64,000 bases of DNA, from assembly GCA_030610945.1 (NCBI GenBank), contig JAUWQV010000002.1, positions 28,633 through 92,632 on the forward strand. Reading direction: 5' to 3'. Positions 1 through 10,323 of the stretch are shown piece after piece. The notes under the pieces are model-generated. The model was not told where the DNA came from. It saw nothing but the letters and a program-made list of their open reading frames with translations, and did not search any database. The DNA comes from Methanocellales archaeon (GTDB lineage Archaea; Halobacteriota; UBA148; JAUWXC01). Every line of letters starts with the position of its first letter. Position 1 is the stretch's first letter. The translations under genes were made by a program, and so were the position numbers.

Positions 1-30
1 CGGAATCGTGTAAATCTGCTCCCCTTCCAC
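1..30 (-). CDS. rpl31e: 50S ribosomal protein L31e, 5' end (runs off window)
   Basis: Hand translation GTG-EGEQIYTIP; SD-like AGGTGA just upstream; follows rpl39e as in the conserved archaeal order. Confidence 0.75.
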   Translation of the reverse strand, partial: MEGEQIYTIP

Positions 31-39
31 GAAATCACC

Positions 40-192
40 TTATATGTCTAAGTCGCTCCGTCTCCAGTTTCGCCTTTTTGGGTGTGTCGTTACAGCCCTA
101 TTGGTCTTCATTATCACCCATACTGGCACACGCCTGTTTTGCTCCGTTGCCTTAGCAAGCCTCTTCTTTTTGCCCTTCGTCTTTTTACCCAT
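40..192 (-). CDS. rpl39e: 50S ribosomal protein L39e
   Basis: Hand translation (not in ORF track): [50 protein letters not shown]. Confidence 0.97.
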   Translation of the reverse strand: MGKKTKGKKKRLAKATEQNRRVPVWVIMKTNRAVTTHPKRRNWRRSDLDI

Positions 193-193
193 T

Positions 194-517
194 TCACATT
201 CTCCGAATTTTTATGTCCCTTTTCTTTGGTTGAACCTGCAGGAGTATCTGTTTCAATTGCTCATCGCTTATCTGGCCTTCTAGTCTCCCGCTCTGTGCGA
301 GCACTATTAACTGCACCTCAACTTGGTCGACAAAATCAGGACGTGTCATCCTGATGTTGTTTAACCTTTCCCTTGCCTCCGGCGTCAATATCTGGCGCAA
401 TATGTCTTTTTTTCTGGCCTGTATTTCTGTCCTTGCAGACTCTTCTTGAATTGCCTGCATCTGCGCTTGCCTGAGTTGTTCCAATTTTCTTCTTTTAATC
501 TCGTCCAACTCATTCAT
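194..517 (-). CDS. PDCD5-family DNA-binding protein
   Basis: [15 protein letters not shown]...[13 protein letters not shown]; conserved position between rps19e and rpl39e. Confidence 0.93.
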   Translation of the reverse strand: MNELDEIKRRKLEQLRQAQMQAIQEESARTEIQARKKDILRQILTPEARERLNNIRMTRPDFVDQVEVQLIVLAQSGRLEGQISDEQLKQILLQVQPKKRDIKIRRM

Positions 518-527
518 GGGACATCGC

Positions 528-983
528 CTAATATTTTTCTAATCCAGGGATATCCTTGGCAACTTCTTTCTTAACATCATCTGCGACGTTATCCAAGAAG
601 GATTGCCCGGCAGGCGATATAGTTCGCCCTTTTTTCGTATTGTGCAGGTATCCTATCTGTTCCAGCTGCTGGATTGCATGTCGTAGAATCGAACCGCTCC
701 CTTTCACAAACCGTTCCGGCTTCGACCCTCTGTTCTGTTTACCCCCATAGAATGACCTGAGCCGCTCTACTCCGACCGGTCCATCTATATATATGCGCCT
801 GAGGATGGATGCGCACCTGATATGCCACCAATTCTCCTGTGTAGGGGGTAATTCTTTGTGAATGCCAGTTTTTACATAGGCTGCCCACTCTGGTGGCACG
901 ACTTTTTTAGACTCTTCTAGTCGTAGCGCTACCTTGTTTATAAGCTCGAATGCAGGTACATCATAAACCGTTGTCATGCTCAA
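528..983 (-). CDS. rps19e: 30S ribosomal protein S19e
   Basis: [37 protein letters not shown]. Confidence 0.97.
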   Translation of the reverse strand: MSMTTVYDVPAFELINKVALRLEESKKVVPPEWAAYVKTGIHKELPPTQENWWHIRCASILRRIYIDGPVGVERLRSFYGGKQNRGSKPERFVKGSGSILRHAIQQLEQIGYLHNTKKGRTISPAGQSFLDNVADDVKKEVAKDIPGLEKY

Positions 984-1017
984 CTTCCATTAGAAGGATA
1001 ATAGATTAATCTATCGG

Positions 1018-1281
1018 TTATTTGCCCTTAAAATATACGGCAGTCATGCCCCTTGTCTCGATTAACTCGGCATTAGCTGATAGGGCTAATTGCTGTGCGA
1101 GTTCGGCTCGTTCGGACCTAATTGCCGATTTTGGGAATTTGACTTTGACAAGATGCATCTTTTTCAATTGCCTCCTCAGCTCTTCTATGACCGTTTCCGT
1201 AATGCCATTTTTTCCGATCTGAACTATTGGGCTAAGTGATGTTGCATCTGCCTTTAGTTTATATGCCTTCTTCTTTTCCAT
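1018..1281 (-). CDS. YhbY/CRM-domain RNA-binding protein
   Basis: PIVQIGKNGITETVIEELRRQL...LVKVK; context rnp4-yhbY-rps19e. Confidence 0.92.
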   Translation of the reverse strand: MEKKKAYKLKADATSLSPIVQIGKNGITETVIEELRRQLKKMHLVKVKFPKSAIRSERAELAQQLALSANAELIETRGMTAVYFKGK

Positions 1282-1406
1282 CAGGTGCAGGTAATGCTTG
1301 CAGCCTTCTTAATTTTATCTGCCGCTTCTTTCATCTTGCCGACAATTCAGTCGAGTTTTAGGCTAGCTTTTTCTTATATGCCTTATGCGCTAATATACCT
1401 CTTAGA

Positions 1407-1703
1407 TTATGGATATGGGTACCGCATCTGCCTATTACATGCGAGGCATGTTACCGTTACATATCTTTTCCGCAATCGTACCCTTGCGCTGGCTCCTGGC
1501 ATGAGATATGAGTAGCAGTGCTTGCACATCCTCCGCTTGAATTCCCTGGGAATCCTGACATTGTGGCGCATGCCGATTCTTCTCGCAAGCTGGACATACC
1601 TGTTGCTTCTTTCCGGGTGCTCTCCGAATTCTTTCTCAGCAAGCCCAAAGAGTATTTCGATTCTCTGCTTTGCCATGTCCCTGATCCAGCTCTTGCGCTT
1701 CAC
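1407..1703 (-). CDS. rnp4: RNase P protein component 4 (Rpp21)
   Basis: AKQRIEILF, RYVQLARRIGMR, CKHC...CLAC zinc ribbon; start placed at GTG 1703 (ATG 1718 is an alternative). Confidence 0.93.
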   Translation of the reverse strand: MKRKSWIRDMAKQRIEILFGLAEKEFGEHPERSNRYVQLARRIGMRHNVRIPREFKRRMCKHCYSYLMPGASARVRLRKRYVTVTCLACNRQMRYPYP

Positions 1704-1725
1704 CCAGATTCCTCGCATTCCTTCG

Positions 1726-1794
1726 TAATGCGCCGACCGGTCGAAAATCACAGATTTTCTTAACCAACCGGCACATTCTTAATGCGCCGACCGG
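1726..1794. repeat. 15-bp direct repeat TAATGCGCCGACCGG (1726-1740 and 1780-1794); the second copy spans the tRNA-Gly 3' end
   Basis: Exact match read from the sequence. Confidence 0.85.
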
Positions 1795-1913
1795 GATTTG
1801 AACCCGGGTCATGGGCTGTCTTCCGCAACCTTCAAAAAGGTTGATAGTTTTGATCAAACTTTTTTAAAAGTTTGGTTGGAAGGCCCATGTCATAACCACT
1901 AGACTATCGGCGC
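1783..1913 (-). tRNA. tRNA-Gly(TCC) with 59-nt intron at position 37/38 (intron 1818-1876)
   Basis: Reverse complement folds as GCGCCGA...TGGGC CT TCC A [intron] A GCCCA...GGTTCAAATCC...TCGGCGC A; BHB with 4-bp helix CTTC/GAAG and two 3-nt bulges. Confidence 0.95.
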
Positions 1914-1962
1914 AATCTCGCTATTCTTGGTAGGTTATTAAATACGCTTCGCTGATAATTAA

Positions 1963-2487
1963 ATGTTGATGATGAAAGAAGGTATTAATCTATATGCATA
2001 TCACATGCACCAGTGCGACCCAAAGAAATGCACCGCTAAAAAATTGGCGCGATTCGGTCTTGTTGAGTTATACGACAACATAAAAAAGCTGCCTTCGGGC
2101 GCAATATTGCTCGACCCTACAGCAGAGAGGGCACTATCTCCTGCGGACGAGGAAAAGGCGCAAAAGGGCATCGTCGTGCTTGACTGCTCATGGGAAGAGG
2201 TCGAAAGGGCATTTCCTCTGCTGCGAAAAAAGCGAATGTCGCACAGGGCGCTGCCATTCCTGCTTGCTGCAAATCCCGTTAACTACGGCAAGCCGTTCAA
2301 ACTGAGCAGCGTCGAGGCGTTTGCGGCTGCGCTTTATATTCTGGGGCAAAAGGAGCAGGCGGAGCAGATTCTGAGCAAGTTTGGCTGGGGGCTGGGATTC
2401 TTAGAACTGAATAGAGCGCCCCTGGAAGAATATTCAAAGGCGAGAAATAGCGCGGAAGTGATTGAAATTCAGGAGGGGTATATGTGA
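1963..2487 (+). CDS. tsr3: rRNA aminocarboxypropyltransferase Tsr3 (DUF367)
   Basis: [32 protein letters not shown]. Confidence 0.95.
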   Translation: MLMMKEGINLYAYHMHQCDPKKCTAKKLARFGLVELYDNIKKLPSGAILLDPTAERALSPADEEKAQKGIVVLDCSWEEVERAFPLLRKKRMSHRALPFLLAANPVNYGKPFKLSSVEAFAAALYILGQKEQAEQILSKFGWGLGFLELNRAPLEEYSKARNSAEVIEIQEGYM

Positions 2488-2589
2488 TTGACAAATTGTG
2501 CGCAGACATCCTCGGGGCGTTAATGTTAAATGTTAGTATTAAATGCTATAGGGATTATCTATAATGCTGTTAAATTGAGGTAATATATC

Positions 2590-2754
2590 ATGGCACGATT
2601 TCCAGAGGCAGAAGCAAAACTTCTTCACATGAAAATTTGTATGAAATGCAATGCGCGCAACCCCGTTAAGGCGCTCAAGTGCAGAAAATGCGGTTATAAA
2701 GGGCTGAGGACGAAATCCAAGATAAGCAAGGCAGGAAAGGGCGGGGCACCATGA
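2590..2754 (+). CDS. rpl40e: 50S ribosomal protein L40e
   Basis: Hand translation (not in ORF track): [42 protein letters not shown]...; ATGA overlap with next gene. Confidence 0.96.
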   Translation: MARFPEAEAKLLHMKICMKCNARNPVKALKCRKCGYKGLRTKSKISKAGKGGAP

Positions 2755-3491
2755 AGGTCGAGGACCTGCTTAACGAGACAATTCAAAAGGATGGCGCTGT
2801 CCATCTTACGCTGATAGACCCGGATTCACAGGCGCCGGATGAAGCGGCAAAGATCGCTGCTGGCGCGGCTACTGGCGGCACTGATGCCATCATGGTCGGC
2901 GGATCCCTAGGTGGTGGAGGCGCGCAACTCGACGAGACGGTGCTGGCGATAAAGAAATGCACAGACCTCCCGACAATCCTTTTCCCCAGCAGCGTGGCCG
3001 GGCTGAGCAAGCATGCGGATGCAGTCTTCTTCATGAGCCTTTTGAACTCCAAGGATGTGATGTACGTTACGACGAATCAGGCGCTTGGAGCCCCCATTGT
3101 TAAGAGATATGGTATTGAGCCAATACCAATGGCATACATCATCATCTCTCCAGGAGGCACGGCGGGCTGGGTCGGCGATGCAAAGCCAATTCCGAGGGAA
3201 AAGCCTGAATTGGCAGTCGCTTATGCGCTTGCAGCCAAATACCTTGGAATGCGCTGGGTTTATCTCGAGGCGGGCTCTGGCGCTGGCGAATCCGTTCCGC
3301 CAGCCATGATAAAAGCCGTGAAAGATGCCATAGGCGACACGAAGCTCATCGTTGGCGGCGGCATCAGGGATGGAAAAACCGCAAAAGAATGCGTCGAGGC
3401 GGGCGCAGATGCTATCGTAACTGGAACTGCCATCGAAAAGGGCGATGTGACACCCAAAATTAAAGAGTTTGTCGGTGCGATTAAGAATTAA
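2751..3491 (+). CDS. Geranylgeranylglyceryl phosphate synthase
   Basis: [30 protein letters not shown]. Confidence 0.94.
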   Translation: MKVEDLLNETIQKDGAVHLTLIDPDSQAPDEAAKIAAGAATGGTDAIMVGGSLGGGGAQLDETVLAIKKCTDLPTILFPSSVAGLSKHADAVFFMSLLNSKDVMYVTTNQALGAPIVKRYGIEPIPMAYIIISPGGTAGWVGDAKPIPREKPELAVAYALAAKYLGMRWVYLEAGSGAGESVPPAMIKAVKDAIGDTKLIVGGGIRDGKTAKECVEAGADAIVTGTAIEKGDVTPKIKEFVGAIKN

Positions 3492-3493
3492 GG

Positions 3494-5494
3494 TTATTTC
3501 TTCTTCGATTTCTGCCACTCGATATAATTGCAATACGGGCACCCCAAATCCCATGCTCGTCTTCCCTTGGCCACTATCTTGAGTTTGTGCAGCCCGTGCT
3601 CCTTGCAAACGTTCTGCGTGACGATGATGCCTCCACTCTTGGGAAGCGGGAGCGAGAAATTACAGTCAGGGTATCCGCTACACCCTATGAACCGCAGACC
3701 TCTTCTGGACCTGCGAATCATCAGGTTTGCGCCGCAATCGGGGCAGGCGCCAACAATTTTGTCTTCCTGCAGCCCTTTCTTGAGCATGTCGCTGATGTCT
3801 TCGCCTTTTTCCCTCAAAACATCGAACACAGAGCTCAGCATCTTCTTGGACTCCTGGACCACTGCATCCTCGCTTACCTCTCCCTCTGCGATCTTGTTCA
3901 TATCCTCTTCTAATGTGCGGGTCATGTCAGGCTGGACAATTTGATTTGCATAACTTTCCAGCGTATCAACGACAGCTATCGCCGTCTTTGTCGGGCGTAC
4001 GGGGTTGCCGTGCACGTAACCGCGTGCATATAACTTGCTCAGCGCCTCATGCCTCGTGGACTTCGTGCCGAGACCCAGGTCTTCCATTACTTTAATCAGC
4101 CCGCCCTGCTTGTACCTTGGCGAAGGCTGCGTCTCCTTCTCTGCCAGGTCGACCTTTGTTATGTCCAGGACCTCACCCTCCTTCAGCAAAGGCAAAAATC
4201 GCTCTTTCATCGCATAGTACGGATAGTGCCATCGCCATCCCTCTTCAACCAACTGCGCACCATTCGCATTGAATAACTCTCCGTTGACATCGATTGTTAC
4301 CTTCGTGATATTCCAGATTGCCGGCGGTGCAAACGTCGCAAAGAATCGTCGCACAATCAATTCATAAATCTTCCACTCCGGGGCGCCCAGTTCATCCTTT
4401 TTGGCAACAGAGGCCGGGTGTATAGGCGGGTGGTCCGTCGCTTCTTTCTTGCCCCTGGTTGGCTTGAGCTCCTTCTTCAGCAGGGCGCTTGCATACTCTC
4501 CAAACTCGCTGTTTACGAATGACTCTATGATGGATTTAACATCCAGGCTTTTAGGGTAAACGGTGTTGTCTGTCCTGGGATAGCTGATCCATCCGTGGAT
4601 ATACAAACCCTCGGCGATTCTCATCGCGTTGGCTGGAGAGAAACCGATTGCGCTGGCCGCTCGTATAAACTCGGTCGTGTTGAACGGGGTCGGCGGCTGC
4701 TCTACTTTCTCGCTTCGTTTCAGTTTGGAAATGGTACCTTTTTTACCGAGCCGCGATAGGGTTGCCTCTGCCTCGCTCTTTTCCCAGAAGCGGTCCTTTT
4801 TATGCTTCGCGATAAATTCGCCATCGTTCTTGCATGTGATGGCAATCTCCCAGTACGGTTTGGGTACAAATGCCTCTATCTCTTTCTCCCTCTTGACCAG
4901 CAGTGCTAAAAGCGGGCTCTGCACCCTCCCAACTGAAAGGAAGTTCTTTCCGAGGCGGCGCGACGACAGCGAGATAAACCTCGTAAGTGCAGCTCCCCAG
5001 ACCAAATCGATTTTCTGCCTGGCCTCGCCTGCGGCAGCAAGTTCAAAATCGATCTCGGTAGGGGAAGAGAATGCCTCAATAATCGCGGACGGGGTAATCG
5101 CAGAATACCTGACCCTGTCCACGGGGGTGGAAGGCTCTATTAATCGTAGCGCTTCTACGCCAATTAGCTCTCCTTCCCTATCGTAATCCGTAGCGATGGT
5201 TATGTGTGATGCATCCTTCGCGAGTTTTTTCAGCGCAGAAATGACCTTTTTCTGGGTTGGCACCTGGATAATCTCTGCATCTATAAGTTCGTGTGGCTCC
5301 ACCTTTGACCAGTCGTTGTATTTTTTTGGAAAATCGATTGAAAGAATGTGCCCTACCAGCCCTATAATTTTTTTGCCATCGAACTCGTAAACGTTTACTC
5401 CATTGATCTTTTTTTGTTTCGCCTTTCCATCCGAGAGAATCTGTGCAATCCTCTTTGCTGTGCTGTTTTTCTCTGTTATGATAAGATGCATCAC
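3494..5494 (-). CDS. topA: DNA topoisomerase IA
   Basis: TOPRIM ITEK and [17 protein letters not shown], catalytic ISYPRTD, C-terminal Cys zinc ribbons. Confidence 0.97.
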   Translation of the reverse strand: MMHLIITEKNSTAKRIAQILSDGKAKQKKINGVNVYEFDGKKIIGLVGHILSIDFPKKYNDWSKVEPHELIDAEIIQVPTQKKVISALKKLAKDASHITIATDYDREGELIGVEALRLIEPSTPVDRVRYSAITPSAIIEAFSSPTEIDFELAAAGEARQKIDLVWGAALTRFISLSSRRLGKNFLSVGRVQSPLLALLVKREKEIEAFVPKPYWEIAITCKNDGEFIAKHKKDRFWEKSEAEATLSRLGKKGTISKLKRSEKVEQPPTPFNTTEFIRAASAIGFSPANAMRIAEGLYIHGWISYPRTDNTVYPKSLDVKSIIESFVNSEFGEYASALLKKELKPTRGKKEATDHPPIHPASVAKKDELGAPEWKIYELIVRRFFATFAPPAIWNITKVTIDVNGELFNANGAQLVEEGWRWHYPYYAMKERFLPLLKEGEVLDITKVDLAEKETQPSPRYKQGGLIKVMEDLGLGTKSTRHEALSKLYARGYVHGNPVRPTKTAIAVVDTLESYANQIVQPDMTRTLEEDMNKIAEGEVSEDAVVQESKKMLSSVFDVLREKGEDISDMLKKGLQEDKIVGACPDCGANLMIRRSRRGLRFIGCSGYPDCNFSLPLPKSGGIIVTQNVCKEHGLHKLKIVAKGRRAWDLGCPYCNYIEWQKSKKK

Positions 5495-6888
5495 AACTTC
5501 TCCCTGAGCAATTTGTTTACTGCATCCGGGTCTGCCTTTCCAGACGTCTTTTTCATGACCTGACCAATGAGGAAGTGAAACGCCTCATCCTTGCCGGCGT
5601 GATAATCCTTAACAGCGGCGAGGTTTTCCTTAATCGCCTCATCTACAGCCTTGGCGATTTCTCCCACGTCCACTTTAAGTAAACCCTTCTGTTTCACTAT
5701 CTCGGTAGGGGTACCGCCCTCATCTAATAGCGCCCTTATCACCTGCACCGCACCCTTTTCCGTGATATTCTTCTCCCGGAGCATGCGCAATATCTGAATC
5801 GTGTGCTTGGGCGAGAATGCATCGATGCCCAAACCCCTGTAATTCAATTCCCCTTTGAGAACGTCTGCAATCCATGTCGCGGCTTGATTTGTATCCACCT
5901 TGCCAGCGACATTCTCGAAGAAGTTTGCCAGTTTAAATTCAGACGTCAATACTTTTGCATGATGCTCTGAAATGTTGTACTGCTCGACAAATCGTCTTCG
6001 TTTGGCATCTGGCAACTCTGGCAGAGTTTTCTTAATCTTGGGCACTCCCTCCTTCGCCTTAAAGGGCACCAAATCGGGTTCAGGGAAGTATCGATAGTCC
6101 TTTTCCTCCTCTTTTGTCCTGAGTGATATGGTGACGCCCCTTGCTTCATCATAATGGCGCGTCTCCTGCACGACATTGATGCCTCTGCGCATCAGGTTTT
6201 TCTGCCTGACAATTTCAAACGATAGTGCCTTTTCTACCCCTTTGTAGGATGAGATGTTCTTGACTTCTGCCCTTGCGCCCCCGGTCAGTGATATGTTCGC
6301 ATCAACCCGTATTGCCCCCTCCAAATAACCGTCGAAGACATCCAGGTATTCCAGAATGTTTCGCAGTTTGTTCAAGAACTGTCGTGCCTCCTTTGGCGAC
6401 CGCAAATCTGGCTCAGTCACAATTTCCAGCAGTGCCATGCCAGAGCGATTATAGTCAATCAGCGAGTATTTTGACTTTTCAATAGGGCCCTTGTGCACCA
6501 ACCTGGCAGGGTCTTCTTCCATATGCACCCTTCTGATTCTGATATTGCGCTCGCCATCCCCCTCAATGACAAGGTTGCCTTTTATCGCAATCGGGTAGTC
6601 ATACTGCGATATCTGAAATCCCTTCGGCAAATCCGGGTAGTAATAATTCTTTCTGTAAAACAGCGTCTGCTCGGCTATTTCGCAGTTCAGTGCCAGCGCG
6701 ACCTTGATGGCAGCCTCAACGGCAGTCCTGTTCAGAACGGGCAGTGCGCCAGGCAATCCCAGGCAGACTGGACACGTGTGCGTGTTCGGCCCAGAGTCGT
6801 GGTACTTGGTGGAACATCCGCAGAACAACTTGGAGTTGAGTTTATTCAACTGCACGTGAACCTCTAAGCCGATGATGACATCCTTCAT
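5491..6888 (-). CDS. gatB: Asp/Glu-tRNA amidotransferase subunit B
   Basis: [34 protein letters not shown]. Confidence 0.98.
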   Translation of the reverse strand: MKDVIIGLEVHVQLNKLNSKLFCGCSTKYHDSGPNTHTCPVCLGLPGALPVLNRTAVEAAIKVALALNCEIAEQTLFYRKNYYYPDLPKGFQISQYDYPIAIKGNLVIEGDGERNIRIRRVHMEEDPARLVHKGPIEKSKYSLIDYNRSGMALLEIVTEPDLRSPKEARQFLNKLRNILEYLDVFDGYLEGAIRVDANISLTGGARAEVKNISSYKGVEKALSFEIVRQKNLMRRGINVVQETRHYDEARGVTISLRTKEEEKDYRYFPEPDLVPFKAKEGVPKIKKTLPELPDAKRRRFVEQYNISEHHAKVLTSEFKLANFFENVAGKVDTNQAATWIADVLKGELNYRGLGIDAFSPKHTIQILRMLREKNITEKGAVQVIRALLDEGGTPTEIVKQKGLLKVDVGEIAKAVDEAIKENLAAVKDYHAGKDEAFHFLIGQVMKKTSGKADPDAVNKLLREKL

Positions 6889-8288
6889 TACGCCACCCCT
6901 GCGTGTTTCTCGAATGTGTGTGCCACTCTAAGGATGAGACCTTCGTCAAAATGCCCCCCTATAATCTGCATGCCCATGGGCAATCCATTGGCAAACCCAC
7001 ATGGGACTGAGATAGAGGGAACCCCTGCTAGATTCATGGGAACAGTGTTCACGTCTGCCAGATAGAGTGATAGCGGGTCATCGATCTTCTCGCCTATTTT
7101 GAACGCAGCACACGGCATTGTGGGTGTGATGAGTACATCCACCTTTTTGAACGCATTTTCGAAGTCCTGTTTTATCAGCGTGCGCACCTTCAGCGCCTTC
7201 AGATAATATCTCCCATAATAGCCAGCTGAGAGCGCATACGTTCCCAGGAGAATCCGGCGCTTTACCTCCTCGCCGAAGCCCTCTGCGCGTATTTCAGAAA
7301 ATGTTGTGTGCCAGTCCTTGTCCTTTTCCAGACGGAGACCATATCTGACGCCATCGAATCTCGCTAGATTCGAACTCGCCTCGCTCATGGCGATGATGTA
7401 ATACGATGCAAGGGCATACTTGGTGTGCGGCAGCGCCACCTCGGAACATGATGCGCCTAATTCTTCCAATAACGTGATACCATCCCGTACTGCATTATCG
7501 ACATCTTTGTCTACTCCTTCAAAATATTCCTCTGGCACGCCTATTTTTAAGCCAGACACGTCATCCTTGAGTTCGTCGACATATCTATTCTTCTTCATCA
7601 CATGCGATGTAGAATCTCGTGGATCATGTCCAGCGATTACATCTAACAATAACGCAACATCTTCGACGCTGCACCCAAACGGGCCAATCTGCTCCAACGA
7701 GTTTGCGTAGGAGATAAGGCCATATCTGGAAACCATGCCATACGTAGGCTTTAGTCCAACTACGCCACAAAAAGATGCAGGGCATCGGACCGAACCGCCA
7801 GTATCAGAGCCAAGCGCAATGGGCACCTCGCCGCCTGCAACCGCAGCCGCACTTCCGCCAGAAGAGCCGCCTGGAACCCTGCTTAGGTCGTGTGGATTCC
7901 TTGTAGGGCCAAAGAAACTGGTTTCCGTGGAAGAGCCCATCGCGAACTCATCCATGTTCGTTTTTCCGATGATGATGGCACCCTCCGCCTTCAGTCGCTC
8001 GATGACGTGTGCATCATACGGTGGCACGTAACCCTTCAGAATCTTGGAGGCGCATGTCGTTTGTATGCCCTTGGTGGAAATATTGTCCTTGATGGCAATC
8101 GGAACTGCTCCGAGCAATCCTCTCGTGCCATTCTTGTCGGCTTTTCTGGCCTCTTCCAATGCCTGCTCCTTTGTGAGCGTTATGAATGCATTTAATTTGC
8201 TGCGCTCGATTTTGTCAAATAGCGATTGAATAGTCTCTTCAGCTGACTCCTCTTCCATTCTCCTTTTTATCTCGCTGACGCTCATCAT
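6888..8288 (-). CDS. gatA: Asp/Glu-tRNA amidotransferase subunit A
   Basis: Amidase signature intact: [25 protein letters not shown]. Confidence 0.98.
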   Translation of the reverse strand: MMSVSEIKRRMEEESAEETIQSLFDKIERSKLNAFITLTKEQALEEARKADKNGTRGLLGAVPIAIKDNISTKGIQTTCASKILKGYVPPYDAHVIERLKAEGAIIIGKTNMDEFAMGSSTETSFFGPTRNPHDLSRVPGGSSGGSAAAVAGGEVPIALGSDTGGSVRCPASFCGVVGLKPTYGMVSRYGLISYANSLEQIGPFGCSVEDVALLLDVIAGHDPRDSTSHVMKKNRYVDELKDDVSGLKIGVPEEYFEGVDKDVDNAVRDGITLLEELGASCSEVALPHTKYALASYYIIAMSEASSNLARFDGVRYGLRLEKDKDWHTTFSEIRAEGFGEEVKRRILLGTYALSAGYYGRYYLKALKVRTLIKQDFENAFKKVDVLITPTMPCAAFKIGEKIDDPLSLYLADVNTVPMNLAGVPSISVPCGFANGLPMGMQIIGGHFDEGLILRVAHTFEKHAGVA

Positions 8289-8563
8289 ACAATCCTCGGG
8301 CCTTTGAAGAATCCTTCCTCTTTTCTGGGTGCATTTCGCAGGACGTCTTCCTGGCCCAGCGACTCCTTCGCCACGTCGTCTCGAAAGACGTTCTCGATTC
8401 CGGATACATGATGTGTTGGCGTCACACTGGGGTCGATTTCATCCAGTTTTGCAAAATAATCCAGTATGGTGTTGAGCTGTCCCGTAAACTCCTCTTTCTC
8501 TTCGTCGCTCAGCTTTATCCTTGCTAGCCACCCTATGTGCTCCACATCTTTTTTGCTTATCAT
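8285..8563 (-). CDS. gatC: Asp/Glu-tRNA amidotransferase subunit C
   Basis: [16 protein letters not shown]...[17 protein letters not shown] before ATG 8563. Confidence 0.96.
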   Translation of the reverse strand: MISKKDVEHIGWLARIKLSDEEKEEFTGQLNTILDYFAKLDEIDPSVTPTHHVSGIENVFRDDVAKESLGQEDVLRNAPRKEEGFFKGPRIV

Positions 8564-9435
8564 GTCTCCTCCACAGGGATGTTGCATTTCTCTGCTATCG
8601 ATATAAGATATCGCTTTACCCTGCCTGCTCCCCTATACCCATGCGCACGCGACAGCCTGTCCATTGCACGATGAATGCCTGAGCCGTATTGCATCGCCTT
8701 CTTCTCTTTCCAGGCGATATCGCGCGGCACGATATCCTCAGCTAATCTCCTTAAAATGTACTTATTCTTATATCCCTCGCCAGTCTTTCGTATTTTTAGT
8801 TCAGGCGCGATTCTAAGCCCTATTTTAATGACATCATCATCCAGATACGGCTTTCGCAACTCTATGGAATTCACTGCCGTTACCGCTGTATCTCGCTTAA
8901 GGTCTACTTCAGCAATGTTTTGGATGTCCTTAATAACTTCTTGGTGCAACACATCTGCACCTTTCTCAAACGCCGTTATATGGTGATGATACCCTGCAAA
9001 TAGTTCATCTGCGCCTTGGCCAGAGAGCATGACGTTTACGCCGTCGTCGTGTGCCTTTTTCGCGGCGATAAACAGTGGCACCCCTATGCTAATTTGCGTT
9101 GGGTCAACGTTGCCTATGGCTTTTATGACTTTTGGCAGGCATGCCTCGATTTCATCTTGGGTGACGATTTTCAGGCGGAGGCAATCCTTCAAACCCAAAA
9201 GTTCTGCGGCGCGCGCTGCCTGGCGCACGTCATGGGAATCTTCCAATCCGACGGAATACAATACTACTTCGCTTCTCTCTTTAGCCATTGCCGTTATCAG
9301 CGAGCTATCCACTCCTCCGGAAAACGCGATTCCGACTTTTGGCTCAAGTCTTTCGTAAACAGCCCTCTGCAAAGCATCCCTGAGCAGATTTATGACGACA
9401 TCTTCGTCACTTATCAGTTCATCTAGGGCGCGCAT
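8560..9435 (-). CDS. Asparagine synthetase-like protein, synthetase domain only
   Basis: PP-loop FSGGVDSS, SGQGADELFAGY, RKPYLD, KKAMQYGSG; no N-terminal Cys-glutaminase domain. Confidence 0.88.
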   Translation of the reverse strand: MRALDELISDEDVVINLLRDALQRAVYERLEPKVGIAFSGGVDSSLITAMAKERSEVVLYSVGLEDSHDVRQAARAAELLGLKDCLRLKIVTQDEIEACLPKVIKAIGNVDPTQISIGVPLFIAAKKAHDDGVNVMLSGQGADELFAGYHHHITAFEKGADVLHQEVIKDIQNIAEVDLKRDTAVTAVNSIELRKPYLDDDVIKIGLRIAPELKIRKTGEGYKNKYILRRLAEDIVPRDIAWKEKKAMQYGSGIHRAMDRLSRAHGYRGAGRVKRYLISIAEKCNIPVEET

Positions 9436-9477
9436 GAACGTCTCTTATGTGGCGCGGAATAAAAGGTTTTGTCATCG

Positions 9478-10323
9478 CTAGGTGGTGACATCTGCGATGC
9501 TCTTCCCAGTCCTATCCATGTACAGACGAGCCCACCATACAATGGTCAGGGGCGCTATGACGACTATGGATAATATCATGTTGATCACTGGCCAGATGAA
9601 CACCATGTAAGGTATCATCTCCGCTATCTGGGAGATTAGACCAAGGCCCAACGAAATCGCCATTATTAAAATCCATATCATGAGCACGCCCAACTTATTG
9701 TCCAAGAAAAAACCTACGCCCTTCTTGATTCCTTGAATTGCGCCGATGTTGTCAATGACAATTACATATTTCACTGCAATGAACACGATGCTCATAATAA
9801 TGACATATAGTGCGAAGATCACCACTCCTCCTATGAACAGCGGGTCATACATTATTGCATCTATGGGTGCGTACAAAAGACTAGGGATTACAAAGATGAT
9901 TCCTATGAGCATGATCAAACCAACGATTATGTCGGCGAAGAACACAGATATAAAACTCTTTTTTCCCTGCTCAACCATATCTGATAATGTGGTGCGTCCA
10001 CTTTCCGTCGCCCTCTTTGCCATCCCAATGGCTCCTGCCGAAAAGAAAGCACCGATCAAACCTACTAAAACGATGAAGATGATGAATGCCAGCGCGATTA
10101 TCCCAATCATTGGTCCTATTTGCCCGAGTAACAGTTCAGGCGTCAGATCCTCTGGAGATACTGCCATCAGCGGCCCCAATACTACGACTACTGTCGCCAT
10201 CACCATCGCGATGGTCAATATCACCATTACTATTATGTTCAAGATGATGGGTACACAGATGTTCAGGTTCTTCTTCCACGCGTCAAATCCGTTTTTCAAT
10301 ATGGATTCTATATTTTCTGGCAT
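9478..10323 (-). CDS. Multi-pass membrane protein of unknown function
   Basis: 281 aa with about six hydrophobic segments; directly downstream of purB. Confidence 0.8.
   Translation of the reverse strand: MPENIESILKNGFDAWKKNLNICVPIILNIIVMVILTIAMVMATVVVVLGPLMAVSPEDLTPELLLGQIGPMIGIIALAFIIFIVLVGLIGAFFSAGAIGMAKRATESGRTTLSDMVEQGKKSFISVFFADIIVGLIMLIGIIFVIPSLLYAPIDAIMYDPLFIGGVVIFALYVIIMSIVFIAVKYVIVIDNIGAIQGIKKGVGFFLDNKLGVLMIWILIMAISLGLGLISQIAEMIPYMVFIWPVINMILSIVVIAPLTIVWWARLYMDRTGKSIADVTT

Noticed and set aside
1282..1406. Small ORF MKEAADKIKKAASITCT or an ncRNA between rnp4 and yhbY
   Set aside because: Only 17 codons, with no recognisable motif or clear structure.
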